64,000 nt of DNA from Opitutia bacterium (GTDB lineage: Bacteria > Verrucomicrobiota > Verrucomicrobiia > Opitutales > T3Sed10-336). How positions within the stretch are numbered: the stretch's first letter is position 1; each line of letters opens with the position of its first letter. Location of the stretch: contig JBJHCF010000002.1 of assembly GCA_050506795.1 (NCBI GenBank), forward strand, positions 32,001 through 96,000, written 5' to 3'. A program made the translations under genes and the position numbers. The notes beneath the pieces were generated by a model. It did no database searches. It was given only the letters and a program-made list of their open reading frames with translations, and was not told where the DNA came from. Shown one piece after another: positions 1-9,542 of this stretch.

Positions 1-2
1 TC

Positions 3-320
3 AAGGCAAAGATCGCGAATGCCTCGGACCTTCCCCAGGCGGATCGCCAGGACGAGCAGCACGTCGTCATCCTTTGCCGCCTGATGCCCGCCTACCTCTC
101 CGACCTCGAACACGCGGCCGCCCATGGCAAAACCACAGAACGAGCCGTCCTCACGCTGCTGGAATACCTCTTGCAAGTCATCACGGCCGAAAAGGCAAAA
201 ACCGTCCTCCACCGCCACGGAATCAACCGTGAATCACTCTTCTCGCCCCTCTCGAATTCCGTACTCCCAAAGATCCAAGCTTTCTACAAGCAACGCCTCC
301 CGCGAGCTCTGGGAAGGTGA
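3..320 (+). CDS. 3' end of a hypothetical protein (possibly nucleotidyltransferase-like), truncated by the window edge
   Basis: Frame is open from base 3 (KAKIANASDLPQADRQDEQHVVILCRLMPAYL...) to TGA at 320; codon usage resembles neighbouring genes. Confidence 0.5.
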   Translation, partial: KAKIANASDLPQADRQDEQHVVILCRLMPAYLSDLEHAAAHGKTTERAVLTLLEYLLQVITAEKAKTVLHRHGINRESLFSPLSNSVLPKIQAFYKQRLPRALGR

Positions 321-449
321 CACGACGAACGCCTTTTCGCCTACAAAGAGATCGTCACCCTGGCTCCGAGTCCTCGGCTGGGACGCCCGCCTCCCCAATC
401 ACGCCCTCCAAGGTCTCTTCGCCAGATCAACTGCATCCTCCCGATCCCA

Positions 450-472
450 GTGACACAGACATTCCTGTCTGT
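450..472 (+). repeat. REP-like repeat family A (GTGACACAGACATTCCTGTCTGT)
   Basis: 23-nt imperfect palindrome; related copies at 34926-34948, 34978-35000 (inverted) and 63823-63845 (inverted). Confidence 0.7.
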
Positions 473-559
473 CCCTCCGCCAAGTCCGACCCCAATACCT
501 CGCAAACAGGAATTTCCGCCCCACTCCTGTCGATCACCATCGCCCCCTCGCCCCACGTC

Positions 560-591
560 CCTCCACCCCTCCAATACTCCACCATTCCATC
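560..591 (+). repeat. 8-bp-period degenerate tandem repeat (cctccacc/cctccaat/actccacc/attccatc) in a C-rich intergenic tract
   Basis: Read directly from the sequence. Confidence 0.55.
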
Positions 592-798
592 CCCCGCCCC
601 CGCGCCCTAATTTCCCTTGCCCCAACAGCATCGGCATCCCTATAAATTTCATGCGATGCTCGAACTCCCCTTTATCCACATGGCTTCCTTTTGACACTCG
701 ATTCAACAAAAACAACCCACCGAAGCCGACATCCGCACCACCCCTCCCTTGGACATGACCGTCACAAGCTACCACTCTCAACCTGAGCAAATCGCGGC

Positions 799-3150
799 AT
801 GACGAAACAGGAAAAACAGCAACTCAGCGAAATCGACATCTGCGATCTGTTTATCACGCCCGCGATCAAAAACGCGGGTTGGGACCAGCCCACCCAGATC
901 CGCCGCGAGGTTACCCTTGCTCCTGGCCCAGTCGTCGTTCGGGGAAACATGTCCTCGCGAAACACGAAGAAGAAAAAGTTCGCTGACTACGTTTTGCTTC
1001 GGGAGGCAGGGGTTCCCATCGCGATCGTCGAGGCCAAGGACAACAACCACACCGTCAGCCACGGCATGCAACAAGCCCTGGGCTACGCAGGCATTCTCGA
1101 CGTCCCCAGTGCCTTCAGTTCCAACGGCGACGCCTTCGCCTCCCACAATAAAGTCCCGGCACCTGGCGAAGAAATCGAGTGCGAATTGCCCCTCGATTCC
1201 TTCCCAACGCCCGCCGAACTTTGGAAGCGCTACAAGAAGCACCGGAACATTCGGGACAACGAAGAGGAACTGGTCCTCGAGCCCTACCATCTTGACGCCT
1301 ACGGCAAGGAGCCACGTTACTATCAGGCTGAGGCGATCAACCGCACTCTCGAAGCCATCGCAAAAGGCCGGAATCGTCTCCTTTTGGTCATGGCCACAGG
1401 CACCGGCAAGACCTACACGGTCTTCCAAATCATCTGGCGCCTTTGGAAAGCCAAAAAAGCCAAGCGCACCCTCTTCCTCGTCGACCGGAATGTTCTCGCC
1501 GACCAGACGCTCGTAAATGATTTCAAGCCGTTCGGCTCGGTCATGACCAAGATCAAGAACCGCAAGATCGATTCTTCCTACGAAATCTATCTCGGCCTCT
1601 ACCAGGCCCTCACCGGCCCCGACGAAGAAGACAAGATCTTCAAAAACGTCTCTCGCGACTTCTTCGACCTCATCATTATCGACGAGTGCCACCGCGGCAG
1701 CGCCGCGGATGACTCCGCTTGGCGCGAAATCCTCGAATACTTCTCCAACGCCACCCAGATCGGCCTGACCGCAACCCCCAAGGAAACCAAATACGCCTCC
1801 AACATCGCTTACTTTGGTGAACCCGTTTACACCTACAAGTTGAAGCAGGGCATCGAAGACGGTTTCCTCGCGCCCTACAAGGTCGTCCGCTACCACCTCG
1901 ACAAAGACCTCATCGGGTGGACACCCCCGCCGGGCATGACCGACGACCTCGGCAAGGACATCGAGCAACGCACCTACAACATGGCCGACATGGACCGCAT
2001 CCTGATTCTCAATCAGCGCACCAAGCTCGTCGCCAAGTGCGTCATGAAGCTTCTCAACGCCACCGACCCTTTTTCCAAAACGATCATCTTTTGCGAGGAC
2101 ATTGACCACGCCGAGCGCATGCGCGTGGCGATCACCAATGCGGCCGGTCAACTCGCCCTCGACAATCCCAAATACGTCATGCGCATCACCGGCGACAGCG
2201 TCGAGGGCAAGGCCGAGTTGGACAACTTCATCGACCCCGAGTCCAAGTTCCCCGTCATCGCCACCACTTCCGAGCTTCTCACCACCGGCGTCGATGCCAG
2301 GACCTGCAAACTCATCGTCCTGGACAAGACCATTAACTCCATGACCACCTTCAAGCAGATCGTTGGGCGCGGCACCCGCATCGAGGAAGAATTCGGAAAA
2401 TATTTCTTCACCGTCATGGACTTCAAGAACGCGACCGAACTCTTCAAGGATCCCGAGTTCGACGGCGATCCCGTCGTCATCTACGAGCCCGACCCCGACG
2501 ACGACCCAGTGCCTCCAGACCCCGACCCAGGTCCCGGTGATGGCGGTATCGAAGAAGACCCGGTTCCGTACAATTCGAAAAAAATCCGTGTGAGCGGAGT
2601 CGACGTCGTCATTCTCGCCAAAACCGTCGAATACCGCGACGACGATGGCCAGATGGTCACTGAGTCCTACTGCGACTACAGCCGAAAAAACATCCGCACC
2701 GAATACGCTTCGCTCGATGACTTCATCAACAAGTGGAACTCCACCAGGAAGAAGGAAGCCATCGTCAAGGAGCTGGAAGAATACGGCATCGAGCTTTCCA
2801 AACTCGCCGAGGAGGTCGGCAAAGACTACGGCGACTTCGACCTCATCTGCCACATCGCCTATGACCAGCCGCCCCTCACGCGAAAAGAGCGGGCCGACAA
2901 TGTCAGAAAGCGGGACTACTTCACCAAATACGGAGACAAGGCCCGCGCCGTCCTTGAAGCCCTCCTGGACAAATACGCCGACGAAGGCATTCTCACCATC
3001 GAGAGCCCCAGGGTTCTCAAACTCACTCCCTTCGACCAGATGGGCACGCCCGTCGAGATCATCAACGACGTCTTTGGCGGCAAGGCAAAATACGAATCCG
3101 CCCTCCAGGAACTCGAGCGCGCACTCTTTGATCAAAAACACTCAGCATGA
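799..3150 (+). CDS. hsdR: Type I restriction enzyme R subunit (EcoAI/EcoEI-like)
   Basis: Nuclease motif ADYVL...IVEAK, Walker A MATGTGKT, DECHRG, GLTATP, QIVGRGTR; EcoEI-R-like C-terminus. Confidence 0.95.
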   Translation: MTKQEKQQLSEIDICDLFITPAIKNAGWDQPTQIRREVTLAPGPVVVRGNMSSRNTKKKKFADYVLLREAGVPIAIVEAKDNNHTVSHGMQQALGYAGILDVPSAFSSNGDAFASHNKVPAPGEEIECELPLDSFPTPAELWKRYKKHRNIRDNEEELVLEPYHLDAYGKEPRYYQAEAINRTLEAIAKGRNRLLLVMATGTGKTYTVFQIIWRLWKAKKAKRTLFLVDRNVLADQTLVNDFKPFGSVMTKIKNRKIDSSYEIYLGLYQALTGPDEEDKIFKNVSRDFFDLIIIDECHRGSAADDSAWREILEYFSNATQIGLTATPKETKYASNIAYFGEPVYTYKLKQGIEDGFLAPYKVVRYHLDKDLIGWTPPPGMTDDLGKDIEQRTYNMADMDRILILNQRTKLVAKCVMKLLNATDPFSKTIIFCEDIDHAERMRVAITNAAGQLALDNPKYVMRITGDSVEGKAELDNFIDPESKFPVIATTSELLTTGVDARTCKLIVLDKTINSMTTFKQIVGRGTRIEEEFGKYFFTVMDFKNATELFKDPEFDGDPVVIYEPDPDDDPVPPDPDPGPGDGGIEEDPVPYNSKKIRVSGVDVVILAKTVEYRDDDGQMVTESYCDYSRKNIRTEYASLDDFINKWNSTRKKEAIVKELEEYGIELSKLAEEVGKDYGDFDLICHIAYDQPPLTRKERADNVRKRDYFTKYGDKARAVLEALLDKYADEGILTIESPRVLKLTPFDQMGTPVEIINDVFGGKAKYESALQELERALFDQKHSA

Positions 3151-4631
3151 GCAACGTTAGCGGAATTATTAAGTCCATTCAGGACATCATGCGGAAGGAT
3201 GTCGGCGTTGACGGCGACGCCCAGCGCATCAGCCAACTGGTATGGATGTTCTTTCTCAAAATCTACGATGATCGCGAAGCGGAGATCGAACTTCTCGAAG
3301 ACGATTACAAGTCGCCCCTTCCCGAGAAGCTTCGCTGGCGCAACTGGGCCGCCGACCCCGAGGGCATGACGGGCAATGACCTCAGCGAGTTCGTCAATAA
3401 CGAGCTTTTCCCCACGCTCAAAGAAAAGCTGGTCCTCGAAGGTCCGAACGGCAAACGCGCCCAGGTCGTCCGCAATGTCTTCGAGGATGCTTACAACTAC
3501 ATGAAGTCGGGCACGTTGATACGCCAGGTCATCAACAAGATCAGCGAGATCAACTTCAACAACACCGAAGACCGCCACACCTTCGGCAGCATCTACGAGC
3601 AGATTCTCAAAGACCTGCAAAGCGCCGGCAACGCGGGCGAATTCTACACCCCCCGCGCTGTCACCCAGTTCATCGTCAACCGCGTCGATCCGAAGCTCGA
3701 CGAAATCGTCCTCGACCCCGCCTGCGGCACCGGCGGCTTCCTCGCCTGCACCATCGACCACAAGCGCAAGCATTACGTTAAATCCGCCAAGGACGAGGAG
3801 ACCCTCATCGCCAGCATCCACGGCGTCGAAAAGAAGGCCCTGCCGCACATGCTCTGCACGACGAACATGATCCTGCACGGCATCGACACCCCCACCAGTA
3901 TCCGCCACGACAACACCCTCAGCCGCCCCTACAAGGACTACGGCGAAAAGGACCGGGTCCATGTCATCGTCACCAACCCGCCTTTCGGCGGCACCGAGGA
4001 GGATGGCATCGAGAACAACTTCCCCGCCAACCTCCGCACCCGCGAGACCGCCGACCTTTTCATGGCGCTCATCGTCAAGCTGCTGAAAAACCAGGGCCGC
4101 GCCGCCGTCGTCCTTCCCGATGGTTTCCTCTTCGGCGAGGGCATGAAAACCCGCCTCAAGCAGGACCTGCTGGCGAAGTGCCACCTCCACACCCTCGTCC
4201 GCCTGCCCAACGGCGTTTTCGCTCCCTACACCGGAATCAAGACCAACATCCTCTTCTTCACCAAAAAACCCGAGAGCGAACAACCCGCCACCCGGGAAGT
4301 CTGGTTCTACGAGCACCCTTACCCGGAAGGGGTCACCAGCTACAACAAAACGAAGCCGATGCGCTTTGAGGAGTTCCAGACCGAGATCGACTGGTGGGGC
4401 TCCGAGGACGATGGCTTTGCCGGCCGCGTCCAAACCGAGCAAGCCTGGAAGGTCAGCATCGAAGACATCGCCGCGCGAAACTACAACCTCGACATCAGCA
4501 ACCCCCACGTCGGCGAAGCGGTCAACCACGACCCCGAGGAACTACTGGCTGAATACAACAAACAACAAGGGGAGATCCAAAGCCTGCGCGACCAGTTGAA
4601 ATCTATTTTGGGTGAGGCGCTCGGCCGATGA
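3147..4631 (+). CDS. hsdM: Type I RM N6-adenine methyltransferase subunit
   Basis: GEFYTPR, DPACGTGGFL (SAM binding), NPPF (motif IV); ATGA overlap with hsdR. Confidence 0.96.
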   Translation: MSNVSGIIKSIQDIMRKDVGVDGDAQRISQLVWMFFLKIYDDREAEIELLEDDYKSPLPEKLRWRNWAADPEGMTGNDLSEFVNNELFPTLKEKLVLEGPNGKRAQVVRNVFEDAYNYMKSGTLIRQVINKISEINFNNTEDRHTFGSIYEQILKDLQSAGNAGEFYTPRAVTQFIVNRVDPKLDEIVLDPACGTGGFLACTIDHKRKHYVKSAKDEETLIASIHGVEKKALPHMLCTTNMILHGIDTPTSIRHDNTLSRPYKDYGEKDRVHVIVTNPPFGGTEEDGIENNFPANLRTRETADLFMALIVKLLKNQGRAAVVLPDGFLFGEGMKTRLKQDLLAKCHLHTLVRLPNGVFAPYTGIKTNILFFTKKPESEQPATREVWFYEHPYPEGVTSYNKTKPMRFEEFQTEIDWWGSEDDGFAGRVQTEQAWKVSIEDIAARNYNLDISNPHVGEAVNHDPEELLAEYNKQQGEIQSLRDQLKSILGEALGR

Positions 4632-5833
4632 AAAAGGATGAACTGGTCCTCTCCCGCGATCTCCTCAGCGAGATCAAGACCCGCGTCCGCGCGGGGCAGA
4701 ACCGCGCCGCCCTCTCGGCCAACGCCGAATTGATCGCCCTGTATTGGGACATCGGTCGCATGATCGCCACCCGACAAAAAGCCGAAGGCTGGGGCGCGGG
4801 CGTCATTCCCCGCTTAGCTGCGGATTTGAAAAACGAACTGCCGGAGGAGAAGGGGTTTTCGGAGCGAAATCTCAAGCGGATGGTTCGGTTCTTCCGCGAA
4901 TACTCCGATCTTGCCTCATTCATGCCGCAGGCTGCGGCACTATTATCCAAAGATGATCAAATTGAGGCGCAGGCAGCGCCACAGACCCATCCGCCCGCAA
5001 ATTTGCAGCAGCCCGCTGCAAAATTTGAAGAAACTGACGATAAGGAGTTTCCAAATGTGCCGCAGGCTGCGGCACATTTGCCCATTCCGCTCGATGTCTT
5101 ATTCGGACTTCCTTGGTTCCATCACGTCGTCCTTATTGAAAAACTGAAGGATTTACCGCTGAGATACTGGTATGCGCACCAAGCCCTCGAACAAGGCTGG
5201 TCCCGCGATACCTTAACCGAGCAGATCAAAAACCGCGCCCACGAGCGGCAAGGCGCCGCCGTGACCAACTTCGAGCGCACCCTTCCCGAGGCCCACGCGG
5301 CCATCGCCCAGAGCCTCCTCAAGGATCCGTATCTGTTCGATTTCCTCACCCTGGAAGGAACCTTCCACGAGCGCGAACTCGAGACCGGTCTGCTCGAGCA
5401 CATCCAGAAGTTCCTGCTCGAACTCGGGCGCGGCTTCGCCTTCGTCGGTCGTCAATACCGCCTGGAAATCAGCGAACGCGACTTCTACCTCGACCTCCTC
5501 TTCTACCACCTCCACCTCCGCTGTTTCGTCGTCGTGGACCTCAAGAAAGGCGAATTCAAACCCGAGTACGCGGGTAAAATGAATTTTTACTGCTCCGCCG
5601 TGGACGACCTCGTGCGCCACGAACAGGACGCCCCCACGATCGGCCTCATCCTCTGCCAGACCAAGGACCGCATCTTCGCCGAATACGCCCTGCGCGACAT
5701 CCACAAGCCCATTGGCCTCGCCGACTACGAACTCACCCGCTCCCTCCCCACCGAACTCGCCTCCAGCCTCCCCAGCATCGAAGCCATCGAAAACGAACTC
5801 GCCGATGATCTCGGAAAGGAGAAAAACGAATGA
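4628..5833 (+). CDS. YhcG/DUF1016 PD-(D/E)XK nuclease-family protein
   Basis: YWDIG, GFSERNL, LPWFHH, KDPYLFDFL, LLELGRGFAFVGRQ, DLLFYH, VDLK, GKMNFY motifs; overlaps both hsdM and hsdS. Confidence 0.93.
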   Translation: MKKDELVLSRDLLSEIKTRVRAGQNRAALSANAELIALYWDIGRMIATRQKAEGWGAGVIPRLAADLKNELPEEKGFSERNLKRMVRFFREYSDLASFMPQAAALLSKDDQIEAQAAPQTHPPANLQQPAAKFEETDDKEFPNVPQAAAHLPIPLDVLFGLPWFHHVVLIEKLKDLPLRYWYAHQALEQGWSRDTLTEQIKNRAHERQGAAVTNFERTLPEAHAAIAQSLLKDPYLFDFLTLEGTFHERELETGLLEHIQKFLLELGRGFAFVGRQYRLEISERDFYLDLLFYHLHLRCFVVVDLKKGEFKPEYAGKMNFYCSAVDDLVRHEQDAPTIGLILCQTKDRIFAEYALRDIHKPIGLADYELTRSLPTELASSLPSIEAIENELADDLGKEKNE

Positions 5834-7611
5834 ATCCCCACAACCCTCAACTTTCCTCCCTCATCACTCAGCACCTCGACACCTGGACTTCGGCGATCAA
5901 GGCGAAGGCATCTGCCGGACGGGGAGGCGGCAAGAAACAGGAGTTCTACGGCATCAAAAAACTGCGGGAGCTGATCCTGGAGTTGGCGGTGCGGGGATTG
6001 TTGGTGCCGCAGGATCCGAAGGATGAACCGGCAGTAGAATTATTGAGGAAAATTTCAGTGGAGCGCTCCAGTCTTATCCAAGCAGGTAAGCTTAAGAAGC
6101 AGCAGCCTTCTTCGTCGATCAAAGACGAAAACTCGCAATATCCTATCCCGAAGGGATGGGTTTGGACGCGAATTGGGACTATCGGAAATGTTTTCAATGG
6201 GAATAGCATCAGCTCTCGAGTGAAGGAAGAAAAGTATACTGGCATTGAAGGTTACCCATTCATTGCAACAAAAGATGTTGGATACGGCTTCGAAGGCCTC
6301 GATTATGAAAATGGAGTCGCAATTCCCGTAGATGAGGACAAATTCCAAGTTGCACGAAAAGGTTCGGTGCTAATCTGCGCTGAAGGCGGGAGTGCTGGTA
6401 AAAAGTGCGGCATCACAGACAGGGACATTTGTTTCGGAAACAAGCTCTTTGCCAATGAACTGATCGGAGGAATCTCTTCCAAATATATTCTTTCGGTTTA
6501 CTTATCCCCAACGTTCTTCTCAGCCTTTTCAGAGTCAATGACAGGAATCATTGGCGGGATTTCAAAATCGAAATTCGAAACACTGCTTTGCCCACTCCCG
6601 CCTCTCGCCGAACAACACCGGATCGTCGCAAAAGTCGATGAACTGATGGCGCTTTGCGATCAGCTCGAACAGCAGCAAGAGGACAGCGTGCGCACGCACG
6701 GCACCCTGGTGCAAACGCTCCTCGGCACCTTAACGGCCGCCAGCGAACCCGGTCAGCTCGCCCAAGCCTGGCAGCGCATCGCCGCCCACTTCGACCCCCT
6801 CTTCACCACCGAAAGCAGCATCGACCAACTCAAACAAACCATCCTCCAACTTGCCGTCATGGGCAAACTCGTCGAGCAAGATCCGGAAGATGAAAAGGCC
6901 TCTGAACTCCTCAAAAAAATCGCCACCGAAAAAGCCAAACTCATCAAAACCGGAAAAATCAAAAAGCAGAAAACACCGCCACCGGTATCAGATGATGAGA
7001 TGCCCTTCGAAAAGCCATATGGCTGGGAGTTTTGCCGACTTAAAGAATGTGCTTATGTTTTCTCAGGCAATGCTTTCAAAAGCGAAGATTTCAACAACAC
7101 TAATGGCATCAGGGTGATAAAGATCACTAATGCGGGCGTAGGAGAACTAATTGAAACTGAGGAGTTCCTACCTCCGTCTTTCGGAGCCGGATACGAAAAC
7201 TTTCAGGTCATTAAGGGCGACATGATTTTGGCCTTAACAAGGCCTTATATATCTACTGGTCTAAAAGTTAGCATATGCTCTGCAAAATACGACAATGCAC
7301 TATTGAATCAGCGTGTTGCCGCCATTCGTTGTTTTATCGATACGTCGTTCATGTATCAGTATATGCAAAGCACCTACGTTCTTGGCCTTTATCAAAAGAG
7401 ATTCAGCGGCTCAGGTCTCCAGCCCAATTTGAAGATGGCAGATGTAACTGAATTAATCACTCCTGTCCCACCCCTCGCCGAACAACGCCGCATCGTCGCC
7501 AGAGTCAGCGAGCTGATGACCTTGTGCGACCACCTAAAAGCAAATCTTCAGGCAGCGCAAACAACTCAACTCCAGCTCGCCGACAATGTCGTCGAAGCCG
7601 CGATCCGATAG
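5830..7611 (+). CDS. hsdS: Type I RM specificity subunit
   Basis: Two conserved PLPPLAEQ.RIV repeats, IPKGW and KPYGW motifs, two AT-richer variable TRDs, LRELILELAVRG.LVPQDP motif. Confidence 0.95.
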   Translation: MNPHNPQLSSLITQHLDTWTSAIKAKASAGRGGGKKQEFYGIKKLRELILELAVRGLLVPQDPKDEPAVELLRKISVERSSLIQAGKLKKQQPSSSIKDENSQYPIPKGWVWTRIGTIGNVFNGNSISSRVKEEKYTGIEGYPFIATKDVGYGFEGLDYENGVAIPVDEDKFQVARKGSVLICAEGGSAGKKCGITDRDICFGNKLFANELIGGISSKYILSVYLSPTFFSAFSESMTGIIGGISKSKFETLLCPLPPLAEQHRIVAKVDELMALCDQLEQQQEDSVRTHGTLVQTLLGTLTAASEPGQLAQAWQRIAAHFDPLFTTESSIDQLKQTILQLAVMGKLVEQDPEDEKASELLKKIATEKAKLIKTGKIKKQKTPPPVSDDEMPFEKPYGWEFCRLKECAYVFSGNAFKSEDFNNTNGIRVIKITNAGVGELIETEEFLPPSFGAGYENFQVIKGDMILALTRPYISTGLKVSICSAKYDNALLNQRVAAIRCFIDTSFMYQYMQSTYVLGLYQKRFSGSGLQPNLKMADVTELITPVPPLAEQRRIVARVSELMTLCDHLKANLQAAQTTQLQLADNVVEAAIR

Positions 7612-7645
7612 CCACCTTTCAATCACTTGACATCGAGTACCTTCT

Positions 7646-9529
7646 ATGCGCCTCAAGCACATCCACATAAGCGATTACAAGAACCTGAAGAACTTTGACC
7701 TCCATTTCGAGAGCGATAGTTACCTGGATGTATTCGTGGGAAAGAACGGCACCGGAAAATCGAACCTATTCGAGGCTCTTATCGAGATCTTTCACCATCT
7801 CAATGAGTTTAAGTCAAGCGGTTCCAGTATCGACTTCGACTACCGCATCACCTATGAAATCGAGGACAGAAGCACGTCCATCGAGTGGGCCGACAGCCAG
7901 CTCAAGATCAACGGGCGCAATCGCAAGAGTCTCGGCAAGACCCCTATCCCCGACAATATACTGGTCTATTACTCAGGACACAACGATACGGTTTCAACGC
8001 TGATCGGGAACTATCAAGCGGCGTTTCAAAGCAGGATCAAGAGCGCCAATTTCTCCGACTCACGCTATTTTCTTGGCATAGACTCTGCCTACAAACAGAT
8101 CCTCCTCGCAGCCAGTCTCCTCAGACCAAGCGACAGCCCCTGCCGCCGCTTCATTTGCCAGAAGCTCGGCATCGCGGAAACCGGAACCGAACTCCGAGTT
8201 ACACTCAAGCGGCCCTATTACGCGGCTTCTTCCGAATACGACGTCCAAAACAACGACGATGTCGACAAATTCTGGAAACCCCAAGGCATCACGAAAACTT
8301 TTTTGAACCAGCTCACAGCGTGCGCCGCTCCAGCCCCAAGGGGTGGCCGAGTCAGAACTGAAGGCTACCTTTCAGGCGAGGACAGATACATCCTCTACGT
8401 GGACACCGCTAAACTGGTAGAAGAATTCAAAGACGAAGCGTCGCACGAACTGTTCAACCGGTTCGACAATCTGAAGGTCCTCGAGATGCTCGAAGACATT
8501 TCGATCCCCCTCAAGCTCACCAACGGAGAACAAGCCAACACCTCCTTCTTCAGTGATGGCCAGTTCCAATCCGTTTACATTTTCGCGATCACCGAGATCT
8601 TCAAACAGCGCCATTGCCTGACGCTGCTTGACGAGCCCGACTGCTTCCTCCACCCCGAGTGGCAATACGAATTCCTCAGCCAAATATTCGAGATCTCAGA
8701 CGTCGCCACTCAAACCAACCACACCCTCCTCAGTAGCCACAGTGCGTCAACAATCTCATCGAGCAACGACAGCCTCATCAGCCTATTCGAAATAGACGGT
8801 AATACTGTCAAGGTCTCCCGTGTTCCCAAGGGCGAAGTCATCACCTCTCTCTCAGCGGGACTGATTACCTTCTCCGAGTCCGAAGCACGCCTAAATATCC
8901 AGCACGTCCTGAGCAACACGACAGGGCCGGTTCTCTTCACGGAGGGCATCACCGACGAGATCATCTTGGAAATCGCCTGGTCGAAACTGTATCCCGGCGT
9001 AGATCGGCCGTTCGAGATCCAGAATGCGTTTGATTGTGCTTTTTTGGGCAATCTCTTGCTGCGGGACGAACTTTACCAGAATCATTCGAAAAGGGTGTTC
9101 TTCGGTTTATTCGACTTTGATGAGGCATACCAGATGTGGAATCGCCTTAGCGGACCTGATGAAGAAATGGACCCCTGTAAATGCCTTACGAAGAAGCATG
9201 CTAAACATGAGGGTTATGGACTACTTCTTCCGGTTCCAACTGCCTCCTCGGTCAGAAATCAAGTATTAAACCCTACTACTGGTCGTACGTTTAAACATAA
9301 GTCACTGCTAACAACTGAACTGCTTTTTCACGACGTTCCCGGCTTGGAATCACATTTCGCGGTCGACACCGAACGGACGGACAGCTTCAAGAAATTCGTT
9401 GGGAATAAAGTCAATTTCGCAAAACAGATTGTCCCGACCCTTGATCCCGTTCACTTCAAGGTTTTCGAGCCCATCTTCGATTTCATAAAATCCAAAGGCA
9501 ACACACCCGCCACTCGCACATCAACATAA
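7646..9529 (+). CDS. ABC-type ATPase fused to a C-terminal TOPRIM domain (OLD-like architecture)
   Basis: Walker A GKNGTGKS, signature FSDGQ, Walker B LLDEPD, H-switch SSHS; TOPRIM LFTEGITD and FDFD. Confidence 0.85.
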   Translation: MRLKHIHISDYKNLKNFDLHFESDSYLDVFVGKNGTGKSNLFEALIEIFHHLNEFKSSGSSIDFDYRITYEIEDRSTSIEWADSQLKINGRNRKSLGKTPIPDNILVYYSGHNDTVSTLIGNYQAAFQSRIKSANFSDSRYFLGIDSAYKQILLAASLLRPSDSPCRRFICQKLGIAETGTELRVTLKRPYYAASSEYDVQNNDDVDKFWKPQGITKTFLNQLTACAAPAPRGGRVRTEGYLSGEDRYILYVDTAKLVEEFKDEASHELFNRFDNLKVLEMLEDISIPLKLTNGEQANTSFFSDGQFQSVYIFAITEIFKQRHCLTLLDEPDCFLHPEWQYEFLSQIFEISDVATQTNHTLLSSHSASTISSSNDSLISLFEIDGNTVKVSRVPKGEVITSLSAGLITFSESEARLNIQHVLSNTTGPVLFTEGITDEIILEIAWSKLYPGVDRPFEIQNAFDCAFLGNLLLRDELYQNHSKRVFFGLFDFDEAYQMWNRLSGPDEEMDPCKCLTKKHAKHEGYGLLLPVPTASSVRNQVLNPTTGRTFKHKSLLTTELLFHDVPGLESHFAVDTERTDSFKKFVGNKVNFAKQIVPTLDPVHFKVFEPIFDFIKSKGNTPATRTST

Positions 9530-9542
9530 CCAAATTAGCCCT

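Noticed and set aside
691..696. TTGACA hexamers before hsdR (691) and before the ATPase (7627)
   Set aside because: No properly spaced -10 element seen
778..4529. Long minus-strand ORFs of 787 and 465 aa
   Set aside because: Antisense shadows of hsdR/hsdM caused by GC-rich codon bias; no recognisable motifs
6601..7500. Repeated CTCGCCGAACAAC segments in hsdS as shufflon sites
   Set aside because: These are the normal conserved HsdS repeats in direct orientation; no invertase or spare TRD nearby
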